From NCBI GenBank assembly GCA_043228905.1, contig JBHGNT010000014.1, positions 3,720,001-3,784,000 of the forward strand: a stretch of 64,000 bases of DNA, read 5' to 3'. Source of the stretch: Azolla caroliniana (Eukaryota > Plantae > Polypodiophyta). Within the stretch, counting starts at the first letter, position 1; each line of letters starts with the position of its first letter. The notes below the pieces were generated by a model. The model searched no databases, was not told where the DNA came from, and worked only from the letters and a program-made list of their open reading frames with translations. This document shows positions 60,300 through 64,000 of the stretch, one piece after another. Made by a program: the position numbers and the translations under genes.

Positions 60300-62035
60300 T
60301 TTAGTTTTGAAGTTTGACTTGAAGAATAAATGAATAATCTCGGGAAAAAAACTCTGGATTACTTTTATACCTCCTCATTCGTTTGGTGAATGATGCCAAT
60401 GCAGGGAAGTTTGGAACTTAGCTCACATGGATCTAGCTAGTTCTAACTAAATCTAGCTCTCCTTGCTTTTATAGGCCTTTGGAGCTCTTCATGCAAATAG
60501 AAATAGTTTTTCTTCTTTTATGATCTCCTTTACTTATCTCCCAAAAATGTTGATAACCATGTCCATTCATTCACATTTCTTTTGTTCAACCCATTGAAGT
60601 CCAAATAACCTCCCATAGTCCAAACAAGATTCAAGCCCTTGACCTTTCATTCTAAGAGTAAGCTTTTGTCAATTGAGCTATGTCTTTTCGTTACCTCAAA
60701 TTTCATCTTTGTACTTGTCCTGCCCTTGAACCTTTTATATAACAACTGATACATTTTCCCACGTGAGCTTCCCACATCACGACAATGGAAATATGATTTG
60801 TTTGCGCTATTATAAATCACTTTGCCATGTGTTTTCCATTTTACCTTGGTGCACATAAAGTCCTACAACTTTGAACCTTTGATCTCAATCAATTTAAAAT
60901 CCATAGGGGGTCTTGGAATGTGCCCATATGGACCTCTTAATCCTAGAATATCTTATGATGGAATGACATGTCATTCTTTGCATTTCGGTTCACATTGAAC
61001 AATTCTAAAGATTTCCTTTTAGTACTTATTTGCAATAATATCTTGAACCACACTTTTCTTCATCACTTGAAAGGATTAGAGTACTTTTTGACAATTCCTT
61101 GTGGGTTGTTCACTTTTGTTTTTGACTTTTTGATCACTTTCTCCACAACTTTGCTTGTCTTTGTCAATCCCCTTCTCATTACCTTGTCAACTACAAATGC
61201 TTTTGTTTCTTCTTTATCAAACTCAAAGATCAATTGAAAGTATGAGTCAAGTATGTTTACGACGTTATGGTCATCTACTTTGGCAACTTTGTGAACTTTT
61301 GTATGTTTTCTCATCTTCCTCTTCATTTCAAAGTTTTGATATTCTACTTGTGTATGCTTCTTCTTGCCGCTGTTCAATCTTGTGTTTTATGCTTTTCTTT
61401 CTTACAAATGATGGGATTGGTCCCTGATCCAAAGTAATTCATCAATCTTGTTTGGCAAATCTTAGATTGTTCATTATCATTCTTATCAAAAACTTAAATT
61501 ATGAACTTCACTATTTAATCTACATAGCTAATCCATATATACATGTTGCAGACATAACCATAACTAATCATGAAGTAGGTTTTCCCCATTGTCCCTAATC
61601 TTACGTGTTGCGGGTTAATTATGAAAGGAACAAAGGTATGAGTTGAATAATACAACTCTATGGTGTGAGATAAATGTTAAGCGTGTTATTACTTGACCAC
61701 TTCGCATGAAGTGGTCAAGTGTGTGAACACATAAAGGCCTAAGGTTTTTGGGTTGTATAAGAAGTCTAACAATCTTCTTATGGGGAGGCTTGACCTATTT
61801 CCAGGCTATGTCAATGTGGCTATGGTTCTTGTCAACTAAGCATGTGCAATCCTCATGGGACCCAATGTATGATACGCACCAACACTTGATGGTATGGGAC
61901 ATCGATGAGATTCGGGTTCGTCTCACATTGTTTCTAGGGGATGGTTGGGCGGTCTAGCAACCCAAATTCCGTCCTTTACTTTTTCTTTCCTTATATTATG
62001 CTGAATTATTAGTTATTCTCTAACAATACCAACAA
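60300..62035 (-). mobile_element. Highly decayed LTR-retroelement-like remnant
   Basis: K-rich broken ORFs and a PBS-like TGGATCAG near 61426-61433 preceded by a non-coding block; no clear domain motif. Confidence 0.3.
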
Positions 62036-63307
62036 TAATTTCTATTATATGCTAAATTCTTGTTACGATAGCATTGCCTTAAATTGGATTTATATCTTAT
62101 TTCGCAGGCTTGTATGAGGTCTTCACGATACCTTGGCATAAATTACTTAATACAATAGACTTTTTAGTATTTGGATATACACTAGCGACAACATGAATTT
62201 GCAATTGATCTTGAAAGATTGATTAAAGTTAGAACCATTTTTCAAAGGCCTAAAATGAAACCATTTTTTTGTTGCGTATATATGTATGTGTAGATGTAGG
62301 TTAAAATAAAATTACAATGTTTTGACTCATGTTTTACATTAGGTAATATCAATATGGGTTGTTTTCCACATTGCAAAATATATTAGGAGTTATTGCATTG
62401 AATCTAGAGGAACCATTGCAAAATGTCTTTAACCTTCAAATGTTGACATTCATAGGCTTGGTGAGGTTTTGAATAGTAGTCGAAGTTTTCATTATGTTAG
62501 TGAAGTGGTCGCAAATATGAAGCCAAGCAAAACCATTCATATTAAGGAAAGATTTGGAAGCAAAATTCAATGCAAAATCAATCGTATTAAGAAATGATTT
62601 GGAACCAAAATTCAATGAGAAGATTTCCAAAACTTCTTGATAATATTCTTACCAAAATCTTTTTGACGCAAATTTTGGTTTTCCAAAACTTAAAATAAAC
62701 TTTATGATTTTACCTAGACTTGAAGTTCCCTCATGTCCTCATTAACATCGCATAGATTACCAGAGGCTTTAACATATAAATTTAACTCATATATTTGAAG
62801 GTTAGGAAATATCACCCCGTCCCACTTATTCAATGCACTTTACATTTTGAGAACGTTCAATATGTAAGAGGACTTACTTTCCTGCACTATGCATGACTAT
62901 CTCCTACTTGATATCAGTTGACGATGAGTATGTACTCTATGAAGGAGAAAGCTGAGGTTGTAAAATGGTTTGTGAGAAACAAATTTCTCCCATATATGCT
63001 TAATTTGCTGCCCTTGACAATTCCTTGAGTTAATAACATGTTGGATACTAAACAATGGTTACTAAAATTGTGATCATTGGCCACCTCCAACCTCTCTTTT
63101 CCATCCCTCTTTCAAACTCCATACTACCTTGTTTACCATCCAAAATCACATGAAATTGTACATTACCTTGCTAGTCTTCAATCTTTTCAAACAAATTTAA
63201 TCATTCTAAAAAGACAGTAGTGACAAACATCGGCGACTCCAACTTCAAAGAATGCTGAATCAACTTGTATTTAGTTATATTGGAGAAGAAATTCCTTGGT
63301 ACATGTT

Positions 63308-63605
63308 ATGGTCTCTCCATGTACATATCTAGCATACAATTTGAAAATGATGTAAGAAAAGATAAAACGATAAAACAAGCATCTCTCTTGTCGAGGGGAT
63401 GATCATGGTAGTAGAATTGAAACGCTTTCTTTTTTGCGTTTTCTTCAACTCCAGATGCCAATCTCTCATGGTCTCTCCATGTATATATCTAGCATACAAT
63501 TTGAAAGAAAAACGATAAAACAAGAATCTCTCTCACCGAGGGGATGATATAGTAGTAGAATTGAGATGCTTTTTTTTTTTGCATTTTCTTCAGCTCCAGA
63601 AGCCA
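63308..63605. repeat. Tandem duplication of about 160 bp downstream of the transporter stop codon
   Basis: ATGGTCTCTCCATGTA..CTAGCATACAATTTGAAA at 63308 and 63468. Confidence 0.8.
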
Positions 63606-63738
63606 AGTATCAGTAAAGACTCAGTATGCAGTTATTGTAAAAGAAACTCCCCAATAGAAACTCACCAATCGGAATCATCCCAAAATGAATTTAATTTTTC
63701 ATTTCAAGCTTCCATGATTCCAGAATGAAATCATTATT

Positions 63739-64000
63739 TCATTTCAAGCTTCCATGGCCAAGTTCGATCCCAGTCTTCTCGGTGCCACTACTTGTCACAA
63801 GCAAGGCTACGTCTTCTTCAGTGAGGCTACTCTCTTTGAAAAGAGCAGGTGGAGACACGTCCACCCTCTTCGCCTTCTCAACCGCCCAACTGTAGATCAC
63901 CATTCCAAGGATAGCCATCAACATACCCACCATGTTCTTTGCTGTCAACGATGAATCGAATAAGGCCCAACCAAGAACAAGCACACAAACCGTCTTCATG
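63739..64000 (-). CDS. URGT-like: 3' end of a UDP-rhamnose/UDP-galactose transporter-like nucleotide-sugar transporter (gene continues beyond the window)
   Basis: HMKTVCVLVLGWALFDS..KNMVGMLMAILGMVIYSWAVE matches the last transmembrane helices of the URGT family as I recall them. Confidence 0.85.
   Translation of the reverse strand, partial: MKTVCVLVLGWALFDSSLTAKNMVGMLMAILGMVIYSWAVEKAKRVDVSPPALFKESSLTEEDVALLVTSSGTEKTGIELGHGSLK

Overview
Eukaryotic (land-plant) genomic DNA, probably a fern judging by the style of the PLS-PPR repeats and the non-seed-plant-type Gypsy lineages (inference). Bases 1-44.8 kb form a nested LTR-retrotransposon cluster up to four levels deep, and I could resolve most junctions by terminal TG..CA and target-site duplications (TSDs). 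Nest 1: Gypsy-A (-) is interrupted by Copia-1 (341-6379), whose 3' LTR carries a solo LTR. An actin retrocopy and a PPR pseudogene follow. Nest 2: the LTR of a degenerate Copia-4 is split by Gypsy-B (9708-40495, -). Gypsy-B contains Copia-2 (12259-24570), which holds a deleted tRNA-Trp-primed element and Copia-3 (18254-23680, -). Gypsy-B also contains an LTR fragment enclosing Gypsy-Y (about 29082-39313). Bases 45-64 kb are genic: a hAT MITE, an IDM1/ROS4-like PHD-acetyltransferase gene, an intronless PLS-E PPR gene and the 3' end of a URGT-type nucleotide-sugar transporter. Three signals stand out. (1) Gypsy-B has a second, divergent aspartic protease domain in frame after its integrase. (2) Gypsy-Y has two inward-facing tRNA-Arg-like primer sites, no PPT and non-identical terminal repeats. 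(3) A TGTCG..CGACA LTR family makes a 4-bp TSD, and all three visible insertion junctions sit on a CpG. All coordinates were counted by eye and may be off by a few bases.
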